Virus record (IMG/VR): IMGVR_UViG_3300046694_000251
DNA from: an uncultured virus (IMG/VR IMGVR_UViG_3300046694_000251)
Lineage: Duplodnaviria > Heunggongvirae > Uroviricota > Caudoviricetes
Reading direction: 5' to 3' (one strand)
Length of the DNA: 64,000 nucleotides
The notes under the pieces: generated by a model
Database searches by the model: none
What the model was told of the DNA's origin: nothing
Seen by the model: the letters and a program-made list of their open reading frames with translations, nothing else
In this document: positions 47,482-58,452 of the stretch, piece by piece
Layout of the letters: each line of letters starts with the position of its first letter
Position numbering within the stretch: position 1 is the first letter of the stretch
Program-made: the position numbers and the translations under genes

Positions 47482-50400
47482 TCCGGTGCTGGGAATGTAC
47501 CGGGCGAGCGTTGCCAATAACCAGGACCCGCTGAACGAAGCCCGAGTCACGCTGCTCATTCCGCAGGTACTCGGAAACGCCGAAAGCGCCTGGGCCGCCC
47601 CCGCTTCCCCGACCAACACGATCCCGCCGATCGGCCAGACGCTGTGGGTGCAGTTCTCCGGCGGTGACATCACCAAGCCGGTCTACGCACCGCTCGGTAT
47701 CAAGGCCGTTCAGGACCAGGTCGACGATCTGCCCAGCGGAGGAACGCTGGACGCCCTACCGCCCAAGGAGCCCACGGCACTCACCCTGACCACGGTGCAG
47801 TACGTCACGAACGAGGGAGCCACCCGGGCCCGCGTGACGGCGAGCTGGACCCCGCCCACGGAGAACCAGGACGGCACCGCCCTCACCGACCTGTCCCACT
47901 ACCTGCTCCAGACCTCCTACGACAACAGCAACTGGAGCGGCGGCTTCGTCACCACGGAGGACCTGGTCCTCCTCGACGGACTTAATACCGGCGTGGCCCT
48001 CTACGTGAGGGTCGCGGCCTTCGACACCAGCAACAACACCTCCCTGTGGGCGAGCGCCAACATCACCACGGCGTCAGCGTCCACCCCACCTCCGGTGCCC
48101 TCCGCGCCGGGGGTCGTCGGCGTGCTCGGCGGCCTGCGGGTAACCTGGGACGGCAAGGACAACACCGGCACGGCAATGCCTGCGATCTTCTCCCACGTGC
48201 AGGTGCAGCGGGACACCACCTCGGCGTTCTCCAACCCCGTCGTGATCGGCACCCTGCCCGGCCCGGACTTCCTGTACGACTCCATCCAGAACTACGCCAG
48301 CGCCTACTACTACCGGCTGATCGCCTACTCCAAGGTCGGCATCGCCTCGGCCCCGTCCGGCTCGAACTCGGGAACCCCCAAGCAGGCCCTCGCGCAGGAC
48401 ATCCTCGACGGCTCACTGTCGGCGGCGAAGATCGCGGTCGGCGCCATCGATAACACCAAGCTGGCGGCTAACGCCGTCCTGGCCGCGAACATAGCCAACG
48501 GGGCTGTCGAGGCAGGCAAGCTAGCGGCCCTGGCCGTGGGCACCACGAACATCGCCAACAACGCGGTGACCGGCGTGCAGATGGCTGACGCCACGATCGG
48601 CTCGGCGAAGATCATCAACGGAGCCATCGGCAACGCGCAGATCGCCGACGCGGCCATCAACAACGCCAAGATCTCCGACCTCGACGCAGGTAAGATCAAC
48701 GTCGGTACGCTCAACGCCGCGCGCATCGCGACCGGATCGCTGGACGCCTCTAAGATCACCGCCGGGACTCTGACGGCTACCCAGATCCTGGCCGGGTCCA
48801 TCACGGGCGATCGGCTCGCAGCCAACACCATCACCGCCAACCAGATCGCGGCGAACACGATCACGGCCAACCAGATGGCCGCCGGAACGATCACGGCCCA
48901 GAGCGGGATCATCGCCAGCATCGACGCCAGCAAGATCACCGTCGGTAGGCTGTCTGCATCCCAGATCGACGCGACGAACCTGGTGGTGACCGGCGGGAAC
49001 GTGAACGGCACGGTGGCCAGCGCCACATCGGCTACGTCCGCTACCAGCGCCTCGTCGTCAACCACGGTAACCGGCTCCATCGGCGCGGGTGTCCCCGTCC
49101 CCGCGAACCAGTTGAACAACACGCAGATCCCGACCTCGACGACAATCAGCGGCAACTCGATCGTCACGGGCACGCTCGACGCCAACCTGGTCAACGTCAC
49201 CAACCTGGACGCGGCCAACATCAAGGCCGGAACGCTGACCGTCGACAAACTGTCCGCCGGACTCCAGGCCACCGTCGGCCAGAAGTTCTACGACTTCGGC
49301 AACAGCGCCAACAAGTGGAACAACGCCAGCCCCGGCACGATGACCACCGTGGCCGTCACCGACGCGGCCTCTGGCGGCTTCATCATGCGCTGTGTCGGCT
49401 ACGTCCAAGGCGCCTACCGCCCGGACCTGCTCATCCCCTTCGACCCCACCGTGACCTACCGCGTGACCTGCCGCGTCCGGCAGACCGTCGCCAACGGCAC
49501 CCCGGGCACCAACCAGGTCTTCTACGCGGGCGTTACCGGAATCGCATCCGACGGCGTGACCCTGGTCAACATCGCCGGTTCCAACACCCGAGGCAGCCAG
49601 GCCTACGCCGCAGCGCGGGCCATCCCGCTGACCGCAGGCGGCGGATGGGTGACCTACACCGGGTACATCAAGGGCACCGCCGCAGCCGGGGACGCAGGCC
49701 CCAACAACAGCCCGACCAGCCCCATGCGGCTGCACCAGAACGTGAAGTACATCAGCCCCTGCCTGTACCTCAACTACAACGGAGGCACCGGCACGGCGGA
49801 GGTGGACGTCTTCACCATCGAGGTCGTCGAGACCGGCCAGGTCAACTCGGCCAACATCAACCTCGGCAACGTCAACGCCCAGCACCTCTCCCTCGGCTCC
49901 GTCACCGGCAACCTGGTGACCAACGGCGGCTTCGAGGACACCGCCCGCCCCGGCTGGACCCTGACCCAGAGCGACAGCACCCTGGCCACCACAGCCGCCA
50001 AGATCGAGATCGGTCAGGGCGGCTACCCGGCACGCTCCGGCCAGGGCAAGCTCGCCCTGGGCGTGAACAACACCGGCACCGCGACCGCGACCAGCGACCC
50101 CTTCCCGGTCGTCGCGGGCGACACCTACATGCTGCGGTACTGGTACTACGGCATCGGCCACCTGCACGTCACCTTCGAGACCAGCCCGGACAAGGTCACC
50201 TGGACCGACATGCTGGCCGGAGCCAACGACACCACCTACAACAGCGCGTCCTACGTGGAAGACATCTTCGAGGGCATCGTCCCGACCGGCGCCCTGTATG
50301 GCCGGGTGACCTTCCAGCAGTTGAACCCCGGCTCCTATGGACTGTCCACGACGTCGTTCTCCTACATCTGCGTGGACGACGTCCTCGTCATGCGCGAGGG

Positions 50401-51715
50401 CTACGGTGCCACGGACATCTCCGCTGGCGGAGTGCGGCTCTATGGCCCCGACGGCTCGCTGCAAACAGAACTCACCTCGTCCAACGCGCACGCCACCTTC
50501 GCGGGAGGAAAGGCGGCCATCGACTCCAACGGCGTCGGCACATTCAACTCCCTGTGGACCCCGCAGCGCCCTGCTGGCGCGCCCAGTGACGACCCCACCG
50601 GGCAACTCTGGTACCAGGGCAAGGAACTCTCCGACCTGCTGTGGAACATGCCCTGGGGCATGGTCACCTACGAGCGCGGCTGGACCAGTAGGCCGACCGC
50701 CTCGACCTACTACACCACGGAAACCGGCCTCATCGAACTGGGCTTCACGGCCGTCGAGGGCCGGATGTACCGCATCGTCGCCCGGTCCCAGTTCGACTTC
50801 AACGGCGGTACGGGCAACCAGGTGCTGGAGAACCGAGTAAACGTCGCCGCCACGGCAGCGACGGTCAATGGGTGCACGATCTGGAGCCCTACCGGGGCCA
50901 GCCCGAGAGTGACGGACCCGATCGTCTGCCGCCACTTCGGCATGTACTACGACGGCGGGGGTACGGACGGCACCACCACCACGGAGGGCATCATCGTCTG
51001 CTCCTCCGACGCGGGCGGCCTGTACAGCAGCACCACGGCCCTGGCCCCTGGAGACCACCGGATCCTGTGGACCGCAACCATCCACTCGGGCAACGCCACC
51101 GGCTGGGGCCTGCGCAACTACAACCCCGCGCAGTCCTCGGACTTCTACGTCGAGGACATCGGCCCGGCCGTTCCCGAGGGCGGTGTCTACAACACAGGAG
51201 GCGCGGCGGTCACGGCGACCAAGACGTACACCAAGACCTACAACGCTGTCTGGTCCCGGCGCTTCGGCAACGCGGGCAACACCGACGGAACCATGTACCA
51301 GGGCTACTACTCCGGCACCTGGGGCACGCAGAAGTCGATGGTCGGATTCGGCTCCCAGCCGTACACCGACATGGGTTCCTCGGCGAAGGTCTCCAAGGTC
51401 GAGATATACCTCTACGCCAACCACTGGTATTACAACGGTGGTGGTACGGCACATATCGGCGCTCACACGCAGTTGAATATCCCTTCGGGTGTCACCTGGG
51501 CCAATAACCTGACGGTCACCTCGTGGCCGGTAGGTGCCGGTAAGTGGGTAACCCTTCCGTCGTCCTGGAATTCAACTTGGAACGCTACGACCCCGTATCG
51601 TGGAATCACGCTGGGTGCGGATCTTGGTTCCAGCACCGACAAGACCTACTACGGGATCTTCGACGGTGTCGGTGACACCCACCCTCCGCAACTCAAAATC
51701 ACATACACGAAGTAG
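47471..51715 (+). CDS. baseplate spike (gp5/gpV OB-fold) fused to FN3, repeat and receptor-binding regions
   Basis: YRASV..NQDP..RV..IPQV..WA..P.IG..WVQFSGGD..PV at N-terminus. Confidence 0.85.
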   Translation: MSADPVLGMYRASVANNQDPLNEARVTLLIPQVLGNAESAWAAPASPTNTIPPIGQTLWVQFSGGDITKPVYAPLGIKAVQDQVDDLPSGGTLDALPPKEPTALTLTTVQYVTNEGATRARVTASWTPPTENQDGTALTDLSHYLLQTSYDNSNWSGGFVTTEDLVLLDGLNTGVALYVRVAAFDTSNNTSLWASANITTASASTPPPVPSAPGVVGVLGGLRVTWDGKDNTGTAMPAIFSHVQVQRDTTSAFSNPVVIGTLPGPDFLYDSIQNYASAYYYRLIAYSKVGIASAPSGSNSGTPKQALAQDILDGSLSAAKIAVGAIDNTKLAANAVLAANIANGAVEAGKLAALAVGTTNIANNAVTGVQMADATIGSAKIINGAIGNAQIADAAINNAKISDLDAGKINVGTLNAARIATGSLDASKITAGTLTATQILAGSITGDRLAANTITANQIAANTITANQMAAGTITAQSGIIASIDASKITVGRLSASQIDATNLVVTGGNVNGTVASATSATSATSASSSTTVTGSIGAGVPVPANQLNNTQIPTSTTISGNSIVTGTLDANLVNVTNLDAANIKAGTLTVDKLSAGLQATVGQKFYDFGNSANKWNNASPGTMTTVAVTDAASGGFIMRCVGYVQGAYRPDLLIPFDPTVTYRVTCRVRQTVANGTPGTNQVFYAGVTGIASDGVTLVNIAGSNTRGSQAYAAARAIPLTAGGGWVTYTGYIKGTAAAGDAGPNNSPTSPMRLHQNVKYISPCLYLNYNGGTGTAEVDVFTIEVVETGQVNSANINLGNVNAQHLSLGSVTGNLVTNGGFEDTARPGWTLTQSDSTLATTAAKIEIGQGGYPARSGQGKLALGVNNTGTATATSDPFPVVAGDTYMLRYWYYGIGHLHVTFETSPDKVTWTDMLAGANDTTYNSASYVEDIFEGIVPTGALYGRVTFQQLNPGSYGLSTTSFSYICVDDVLVMREGYGATDISAGGVRLYGPDGSLQTELTSSNAHATFAGGKAAIDSNGVGTFNSLWTPQRPAGAPSDDPTGQLWYQGKELSDLLWNMPWGMVTYERGWTSRPTASTYYTTETGLIELGFTAVEGRMYRIVARSQFDFNGGTGNQVLENRVNVAATAATVNGCTIWSPTGASPRVTDPIVCRHFGMYYDGGGTDGTTTTEGIIVCSSDAGGLYSSTTALAPGDHRILWTATIHSGNATGWGLRNYNPAQSSDFYVEDIGPAVPEGGVYNTGGAAVTATKTYTKTYNAVWSRRFGNAGNTDGTMYQGYYSGTWGTQKSMVGFGSQPYTDMGSSAKVSKVEIYLYANHWYYNGGGTAHIGAHTQLNIPSGVTWANNLTVTSWPVGAGKWVTLPSSWNSTWNATTPYRGITLGADLGSSTDKTYYGIFDGVGDTHPPQLKITYTK

Positions 51716-51731
51716 TGAGGACGTCCCTTTA

Positions 51732-52031
51732 ATGGCCGACATCACGATCACCATTCCCGACGAGTACTGGCCGAGAGTGGCCACCGCCTTCCACGGCATC
51801 TACACCGACACCGAGTTGGGTGACACCGAACTCCTGGCGTACGCGTTCAAGGCGTACGTCCGGGACAACTGGATCGGATGGGAGCAGTACCAGAACCAGG
51901 AGGCGGTGAACCCCCGGTACAACCAGGCCTCGGTGGACTACAACGCCGCGCGACAGCAGATCGACGGAGACCTTGCTACGAACAACGAGCGGGTTGTTGC
52001 GGACGCTGCCATAGCGTTCCCGGGTTTCTGA
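51732..52031 (+). CDS. hypothetical protein (possible fibre chaperone)
   Basis: GAGG RBS. Confidence 0.6.
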   Translation: MADITITIPDEYWPRVATAFHGIYTDTELGDTELLAYAFKAYVRDNWIGWEQYQNQEAVNPRYNQASVDYNAARQQIDGDLATNNERVVADAAIAFPGF

Positions 52032-52081
52032 TCTGAGAACGGAACTGCAATCTCGGTAGACATTCCTGGGAGAATGCAAGC

Positions 52082-52501
52082 ATGCCTACCGAGATTGCAT
52101 TTCCGTTTCGCCTAGCGTCCGACGGGACAATCGCCGTCGAGACGAATCCGGACAGGCAGATCGCCCAGCATGTGAATGCGCTCATCGGCACGCAGCCGGG
52201 GGAGCGGGTCATGCTCCCGGATTACGGGGTTCCCGTGGCTGATCTGCTGTTCGACCCTGACGCGGCCTTTGTCGCGCAGGAGATCAGCCGTGCCGTAACC
52301 ACGGCATTCAATACCTATGAGCCCGGCGTGGTGCTCCAGAAGGCGACCCCTATCCCGGACGCCTCGCAGATGTCCCTCGCGCGTATCGAGGTCGACTACA
52401 TGCGCCGCGAGGCCGGGTCGTCCCCTTCCAGCCTGTCGCTCCAGACCAACACCGCCGTGGTCCGCGTGGGTGGCACCGTAAGCGAGGTCATCAGTGGCTA
52501 A
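52082..52501 (+). CDS. baseplate wedge protein gp25/GpW-like
   Basis: T.PGERVM.PDYG..LLF; YEP. Confidence 0.9.
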   Translation: MPTEIAFPFRLASDGTIAVETNPDRQIAQHVNALIGTQPGERVMLPDYGVPVADLLFDPDAAFVAQEISRAVTTAFNTYEPGVVLQKATPIPDASQMSLARIEVDYMRREAGSSPSSLSLQTNTAVVRVGGTVSEVISG

Positions 52502-53972
52502 CCCAGACGTCCCGGCGATCGACTACACCAGCAGGGACTACGAGGGCTTCAAGACCTCCCTGCTGGACTACGCCTCGCGTGCCTTCCCCCAGTGGGTGCC
52601 CTCCTCCGAGGGCGACTTCGGCGTGCTCCTGGTCGAGCTGTTCGCCTACCTCGGCGACAGTCTCAGTTACTACGGCGACCGACTCCAGCAGGAGTCCTTC
52701 CTGCCCACCGCGACGCAGCGGCTGTCCCTGCTCCAGATATCCGACCTGCTCGGGTACAGCCCCTCCAACGGCGTCCCGGCCACCGGCACCGTCACCTTCC
52801 AGACATCCAACCCGGGCCCGGCCGTCACCGTGCCTGCGGGCACCCAGGTCGTCACCGACTATGTCGAGTCCATCGACTCGCCGATCACGTACGAGACCAA
52901 CACCGACATCACCGTGCCCTTCAACGGAGGCACCGCGACGGTAGCGGTCACCCAGGGCGTCACTCGCACCCAGGTCAACGTCGGCACCAGCTCAGGCCTG
53001 CCTGTGCAGGAGTTCCGGCTGCCCGACGTACCCGTCATCGGTGGCACGGTTCGCGTGTACGTGGACGACGTCGACACCCTCACGGAGTGGACATACATCA
53101 ACTACCTGGTGGACGCCGACCCGTCCGACAAGGTGTTCACGACGTTCCTGGACGACTCCGGCGCGACCTGGATCCGCTTCGGCGACAACATCAACGGAGC
53201 CATCCCCACCAACCAGTTGACCATTTACGCGACCTATCGCGTGGGCGGCGGGTCGGTCGGCAACGTGAACGCGGGCGTGGTCAATGCCATCGCCGCCTCG
53301 GACCTGCCTGGCGTCACCATCTCCCAGAACTCCGACGGCAGCGCGATCTCCTCGGCCATGACCGGCGGAGCAGACCCCGAGACCAACGACCAGATCCGGG
53401 CCAACGCCCCGCGCATCTTCCGCACCCAGGACAGGTGCGTGACCCTCGCCGACTTCTCCGACCTGGCGCTGACCATCCCCGGCATCGTCCGGGCCAAGGC
53501 AGTCGCCTCGACGTACACCAGCATCAGCGTGTTCGCCATCGGCTCCGACGGAGGTACCCCGAGCACGACCACGATCCAGAACGTGCAGTCCACCCTCCAG
53601 GCCAAGGCCCTGGCAGGGACCACGGTCACCGTCTCCGGCCCGACCACGGTCAGCGTGAACGTCGGTACATCCTCCAGCCCGATCGTCGTCGAGTGCTGGC
53701 CCCGATACTCCCGGGCCTCCGTGCTCTACGACGTGCAGCAGGCCCTGAAGAGCATGCTGTCGTTCGCCAACGTCGACTTCGGTATGCGCCTGACCCTCTC
53801 CGACTTCTACAAGGCCATCCTCGCGGTGGACGGCGTGCGCTACGTCAACATCCCCATGGTCGCCCGCGCGGATGCCGCGCAGACCGGTACCGCCGACGTT
53901 GTCTTCCGTGCGTGGGAGATCCCGAAGGTCGGCAACATCTCCAACATCACCATGACCGGAGGGATCGGCTAA
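52494..53972 (+). CDS. baseplate J/gp6-like wedge protein
   Basis: IDYTSRDY, DFGV.LVEL, FGD..G..P, GGADPET. Confidence 0.9.
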   Translation: MANPDVPAIDYTSRDYEGFKTSLLDYASRAFPQWVPSSEGDFGVLLVELFAYLGDSLSYYGDRLQQESFLPTATQRLSLLQISDLLGYSPSNGVPATGTVTFQTSNPGPAVTVPAGTQVVTDYVESIDSPITYETNTDITVPFNGGTATVAVTQGVTRTQVNVGTSSGLPVQEFRLPDVPVIGGTVRVYVDDVDTLTEWTYINYLVDADPSDKVFTTFLDDSGATWIRFGDNINGAIPTNQLTIYATYRVGGGSVGNVNAGVVNAIAASDLPGVTISQNSDGSAISSAMTGGADPETNDQIRANAPRIFRTQDRCVTLADFSDLALTIPGIVRAKAVASTYTSISVFAIGSDGGTPSTTTIQNVQSTLQAKALAGTTVTVSGPTTVSVNVGTSSSPIVVECWPRYSRASVLYDVQQALKSMLSFANVDFGMRLTLSDFYKAILAVDGVRYVNIPMVARADAAQTGTADVVFRAWEIPKVGNISNITMTGGIG

Positions 53973-54607
53973 TGGCCGCCGTCTACCCGAAGCAGTACAA
54001 GTCGTTTCCCGTACACAAGAACCTGGTGGAGGACATCGACGCGTCCCACGTCAACAACCTTCAGGACGAGGTGCTGGCCCTTCAGCAGACCCTGGGCATC
54101 AACCCGCACCAGGACACCGGGCTGAAGATGAAGACCAACACCTACGCGTCCGTCGCGGCACGGCTCGACGCCATCCAGCGAGGCCACGGCGTACCCGCGT
54201 GCTACGTGTCCAAGACGTCCGACACCGTCAAGGGAGGCGCGACCAAGACGATCTCCTTCACCCGGCCGTCGGCGGCCCAGGACCCCGAGGGACTGTTCAA
54301 CGGACACTCGATCACCGCGAACCGCACCGGCTGGTGGATCGTCTTCGGCCGCGTCATGTGGGCCAACGCCACCGGCTCGAACGCCACGGGCGCCGACCGG
54401 CAGATCAACATCGCAGTCGGCGGCAGCCAGGTGATGTCCCAGGACCTCCCTCCGATCTCCGACGGAAACTCCCACATGCACATCGGCTGGCAGGGGTGGG
54501 TCACGGCAGGCAAGGCCATCGACCTCACCCTCTACCACCCGCTGACCACCAAGACCCTGCAACTTCAGAACCTGCACCTGAGCGCGGTCATGATCCGGGA
54601 GGCGTGA
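53972..54607 (+). CDS. tail-associated structural protein
   Basis: A.HVN.LQDEV.ALQ motif; TAATG coupling. Confidence 0.7.
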   Translation: MAAVYPKQYKSFPVHKNLVEDIDASHVNNLQDEVLALQQTLGINPHQDTGLKMKTNTYASVAARLDAIQRGHGVPACYVSKTSDTVKGGATKTISFTRPSAAQDPEGLFNGHSITANRTGWWIVFGRVMWANATGSNATGADRQINIAVGGSQVMSQDLPPISDGNSHMHIGWQGWVTAGKAIDLTLYHPLTTKTLQLQNLHLSAVMIREA

Positions 54608-54608
54608 G

Positions 54609-56591
54609 GTGGGAACGTACGGCGTCTCCATCTACGGGCTGTCGAAATACGGGACGGACATCCATCCCGACTTCGACGTCAGCCCGTTCACAGCCACGCC
54701 CGTGGACTACTCCACCGTGCTGCTGGACTGGAAGGCCCCGGCCGGTACGTGGGACCGCCTGCGGCTGATCCGCAACCGGTACGGCTGGGCGGTCAACGAG
54801 AACGACGGCGAGATCCTGCTCGACCAGGGCCACGCCGCTACCGCGTTCTCCGACAAGGGTGTGGTCGGCGGGCACTGGCTGTACTACACGATCTTCATCT
54901 CCGCGTCCGGCCAGTGGTCCCGGGCGGGAACCGTCTCGTGCCTGATGCCGAAGAACAACGGCTACACCGAGCTGCTTTACGACCTGATCCCCGACCACTA
55001 CAAGGTCGACGTCCAGCCAGGCAACAACGTCACCGACGACTCCAACACGCTCAACCCCTACCTGACCCCGTTCCTGTCGATCTTCGGGTTCGGGTTCGAC
55101 ATCGTGAAGAGCTACTACGACTCCAACCGGTACACCAACGATGCGATGCACACGCGATTCGACAACATCGCCCAGTTGGCCAACCAGTTCGGGATCCAGT
55201 ACGAGGCCAGCGCCCCGGCCTACCTCTTCCGGCAGCGCGTGCGGGACGCAGCCACTCTCGGCCGCCAGAAGGGCACCCTGGAGCAGATCCGCTCGATCAT
55301 CTCCGAGACCACCGGCTACGACGCCGACCTGAGCATCGGCGACAACCTGATGCTCTCTGACGACCAAGCCGACTTCGACCACCCGACGTTCCCGCAGTGG
55401 GACTCGGGCGTGAACTACGCCGCCGGGGAGAAGGTGGGGTTCGGCTCGTACCTGTACCAGGCGGGCTCCTCCGGCGCGTACGGACAGGCCCAGGCACCCA
55501 CCGGCACCAACACCTCCAACGCGTACTGGACCGTCGTCTCCTACGGCACCGACTCCACCCTGGTCGACGCCAACGGACACGTCGCGGGCTGGGAAGAGAT
55601 CTCCTTCACCGCAGGCGTCACCCCAGGCACCAACGGCGTCCTGGTGGGCATCGGCGTGCAGAACCCGACCAACTCCAACGACAAGGCGGGCAACGCGCTG
55701 TGGGTGCGCAACACCAACTCCGGAGGCTCGGTCGCCACGATGGGTGTCCGCTCCGTAGGCCGTCTCTTGGGTCAGGCGACGATGGACCCGCAGCAGCCGG
55801 TCCTGTTCGGTGTTCCCATCCCGTACACCTGGCAGGTGTGGGACAACAACGCTGACTACCAGCCTGGCGACATGGTCATCTACCACGGCCGCGTCTACCA
55901 GGCCCTCACCGCGTCCCTGAACGTCGCGCCACCGGCCACCCCGACGGCTAACGCTCAGTGGACGCCGCTGGGTTACGACGACCGTGTGCAGATGTGCCTG
56001 TCCGGCTACGCGCAGGCGTACTCCGGCGAGCAGGTCAACGTGTACCCGTTCGTCGAGTACTACGACTCCCACGGCGCGCTGATCACCTCCCTGTACTCCG
56101 ACGCTGTCCCGGCGTACACCGTGCTCGACTCCTTCAGCCAGGGCTGGAGCGACTGGACCACCCGCACCACCGACCTGGGCGGCGCCTCCTGGACCGAAAC
56201 GCTTGGCCAGTGGACCTCGGGTGGCTACGCGGGAGGAGCGGCCTACCCGGTCGGCACCACGTCGTCCATCGCCACCGTTCCCGGCCACGCCGACGGAACA
56301 GCGGCAGTAACGTTCCTCACCAGCCCGTCGAACGCCCTGCGGCAGGGAGTGGTGTTCCGGCTCCAGGACGCTTCCAACTACTGGCGAGCGGGCCGCACAG
56401 GACTCCACCGCATCGAGGCCGGATCCTGGGTCGCCACCTACGCCTACTCCCAGACCTTCCTGGACGGGGACCGCATCACAGTCGCATTCTCCGGAAGCAA
56501 CATCACCGTGCAGAGGAACGGAACCCAGGTGCTCACCCTTACTAACTCGACGTTCAGCACGGCCACCAAGGTCGGAATGGTGGTGACCTGA
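54609..56591 (+). CDS. tail protein I-like baseplate/fibre protein with CBM5/12-like repeats
   Basis: KGT..I motif; W.....Y..G..V...G..YQA repeats. Confidence 0.7.
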   Translation: MGTYGVSIYGLSKYGTDIHPDFDVSPFTATPVDYSTVLLDWKAPAGTWDRLRLIRNRYGWAVNENDGEILLDQGHAATAFSDKGVVGGHWLYYTIFISASGQWSRAGTVSCLMPKNNGYTELLYDLIPDHYKVDVQPGNNVTDDSNTLNPYLTPFLSIFGFGFDIVKSYYDSNRYTNDAMHTRFDNIAQLANQFGIQYEASAPAYLFRQRVRDAATLGRQKGTLEQIRSIISETTGYDADLSIGDNLMLSDDQADFDHPTFPQWDSGVNYAAGEKVGFGSYLYQAGSSGAYGQAQAPTGTNTSNAYWTVVSYGTDSTLVDANGHVAGWEEISFTAGVTPGTNGVLVGIGVQNPTNSNDKAGNALWVRNTNSGGSVATMGVRSVGRLLGQATMDPQQPVLFGVPIPYTWQVWDNNADYQPGDMVIYHGRVYQALTASLNVAPPATPTANAQWTPLGYDDRVQMCLSGYAQAYSGEQVNVYPFVEYYDSHGALITSLYSDAVPAYTVLDSFSQGWSDWTTRTTDLGGASWTETLGQWTSGGYAGGAAYPVGTTSSIATVPGHADGTAAVTFLTSPSNALRQGVVFRLQDASNYWRAGRTGLHRIEAGSWVATYAYSQTFLDGDRITVAFSGSNITVQRNGTQVLTLTNSTFSTATKVGMVVT

Positions 56592-57817
56592 TGACCACGC
56601 ACAACCTCACCTTCGTCAACGACGACGACTTCGCCCCGGTCGTCTCCTTCTCCGGCAGCATCGTCGGCCGCCGGTTCAGGGTGTTCGGTCCCACGCTCGG
56701 CGGCCAGGTCACCCTCGACGGCACGCTGGCCATCAAGATCCCACGCCCGCAGCCGCTAGCCCCCGAGGCCGGGCAGATCTCCTTCCAGGGTCACCTCTCG
56801 GCCGGAATCAAGGCGCCCGCCGCAGCGTTCAAGGACTTCGCCCACTACCCGTACGCGGGCGTCGACCCGGCCATGGCGTGGACCGGTATCAACTCCGGCG
56901 CGCTTCAGTCGGCTCCCGCTGGCTCCTACAGCCGCGCCTACGCCGCGTTCACCGGCCCGGTGGACTACCCGGTATCCGGTGGCGGCTACGCCTGGAAGCG
57001 GGCCGCGTACGCCTCTGTCGGGTTCAAGTTCGCGAGCATGTCGGTGAACAAACACCAGATTTTGGATGCGGTCCAGTTCGAGGCGCTGCCGGTGGGGTCA
57101 ACCGGCCCCAGCGCATACCAGAACGCCCGCGAGATCCAGGCCATCATCAAGCCGTCCCGGCTGAACTACGCGACCAACCCCAACTTCGAGAGCGGGCTGA
57201 CCGGCTACGGTCCGACCGGCCAGGCCACCCATGCGCTGGACTCCTTCTCCTGGCGGGGCACCCAGGCTCTCAAGGTCACCGTGCCCACCACGGCCACACA
57301 GGACAGCGGCCTGTCCTTCCAGGTGTCCGGCATGATCCCGGGCCGTACGTACACCATGAGCGCCCGCGTGGCCATCGCCCAGGGCTGTGGGGACATCGCC
57401 CCCTGGTCCGGCGCGGGGGCAGTGCAGTTGGGCGCGGTGAAGTGGACGCAGGCAGCCAACCGCAGGGACCCGGCCCAGAAGCGGTGGCGCACGCTGTACG
57501 TCACCTTCACGACGCCGTCGTCCTCGCTGTACGTCGGCATGAACGTCCTGAAGCCCACCATGACCCCGGGCACGGCGAGCATCTTCTGGGCCGACGGCGT
57601 CCTGGTCGAGGAAGGTACCTCCGTCCGCGACTACTTCGACGGCTCGATGGGATCGGACTACCTGTGGGAGCAGGGGGGCAGCCCCAACCTGGCCCGCTCG
57701 TACTTCTACGAGAACTACGTCGAGCGCAGTTACCTGATCCGCACCCTGCTCGAAGAGAATGTTCCTCTGGGAATCACGGCGGCCGTACCTCAGTACGCCG
57801 TTCTGCCGACCCAGTAA
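56591..57817 (+). CDS. tail protein with carbohydrate-binding-like domain
   Basis: NYATNPNFE, YFDG motifs. Confidence 0.7.
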   Translation: MTTHNLTFVNDDDFAPVVSFSGSIVGRRFRVFGPTLGGQVTLDGTLAIKIPRPQPLAPEAGQISFQGHLSAGIKAPAAAFKDFAHYPYAGVDPAMAWTGINSGALQSAPAGSYSRAYAAFTGPVDYPVSGGGYAWKRAAYASVGFKFASMSVNKHQILDAVQFEALPVGSTGPSAYQNAREIQAIIKPSRLNYATNPNFESGLTGYGPTGQATHALDSFSWRGTQALKVTVPTTATQDSGLSFQVSGMIPGRTYTMSARVAIAQGCGDIAPWSGAGAVQLGAVKWTQAANRRDPAQKRWRTLYVTFTTPSSSLYVGMNVLKPTMTPGTASIFWADGVLVEEGTSVRDYFDGSMGSDYLWEQGGSPNLARSYFYENYVERSYLIRTLLEENVPLGITAAVPQYAVLPTQ

Positions 57818-57838
57818 CCACGACCCGTAAGGATCCCC

Positions 57839-58450
57839 ATGCTTACCAACTACGCCGACGTGGCGGCCCTCGCCGTCGGCCTGGTCCTGCCCGCCATCGT
57901 GGCGGTGTTCACCAAGCCGTCGACCAACCCCACCGTCAAGGGCTTCGCGCACGCCGTCCTGGCCCTCGCCACCGGCTCCCTGGCCACCTACAAGGCCGAC
58001 CCGTCGAACTTCGTGTGGGCGCCCGCTGTGATCGCCGCGTTCCTGGCCTGGCTGTCCGGCACGGCGTTCTACCACTCCCTGCTGAAGAAGTACTCCTGGT
58101 TCGGTGCGCTCCAGAACCTGTTCGTGTCCGAGGTCGAGAGCCGTCTTAATACCCACGGCGCCGACGTCGAGCGGTACTTCGAGGTGGCGCAGGCGGCCGA
58201 GCTGGCCGAGGACGCGCAGGGCATCACCAACGACTTCCCCTTGAGCACCGACGTGGTTCAGTCCGGCGTGGAGGAGGCCGTCAAGGCGGCCGAGGAGATC
58301 CCCGTCGTCGGCACGGTCGTCCAGCGCTTCGAGACGGTCGCGGTCCCGGCGATCATTACGGCCGTGGAGGCTGTCGCGGCGCCGGTCGTCGAGAACTCCA
58401 CCCCTGCCGTCGCTGTGCAGCCTGGCGGCCTGGGTCCGAGGGCGATCTGA
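57839..58450 (+). CDS. holin-like membrane protein
   Basis: Three N-terminal TM segments after tail genes. Confidence 0.6.
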   Translation: MLTNYADVAALAVGLVLPAIVAVFTKPSTNPTVKGFAHAVLALATGSLATYKADPSNFVWAPAVIAAFLAWLSGTAFYHSLLKKYSWFGALQNLFVSEVESRLNTHGADVERYFEVAQAAELAEDAQGITNDFPLSTDVVQSGVEEAVKAAEEIPVVGTVVQRFETVAVPAIITAVEAVAAPVVENSTPAVAVQPGGLGPRAI

Positions 58451-58452
58451 CC

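Noticed and set aside
49058..51466. Long minus-strand ORFs opposite structural genes (also 39022-40716, 43538-45187, 54588-56408)
   Set aside because: Antisense shadows expected from high GC3 codon bias; no RBS or recognisable motifs.
39160..53972. Interpretation as an extracellular contractile injection system or tailocin
   Set aside because: Terminase, portal, scaffold, capsid and replication genes are present, so this is a full phage.
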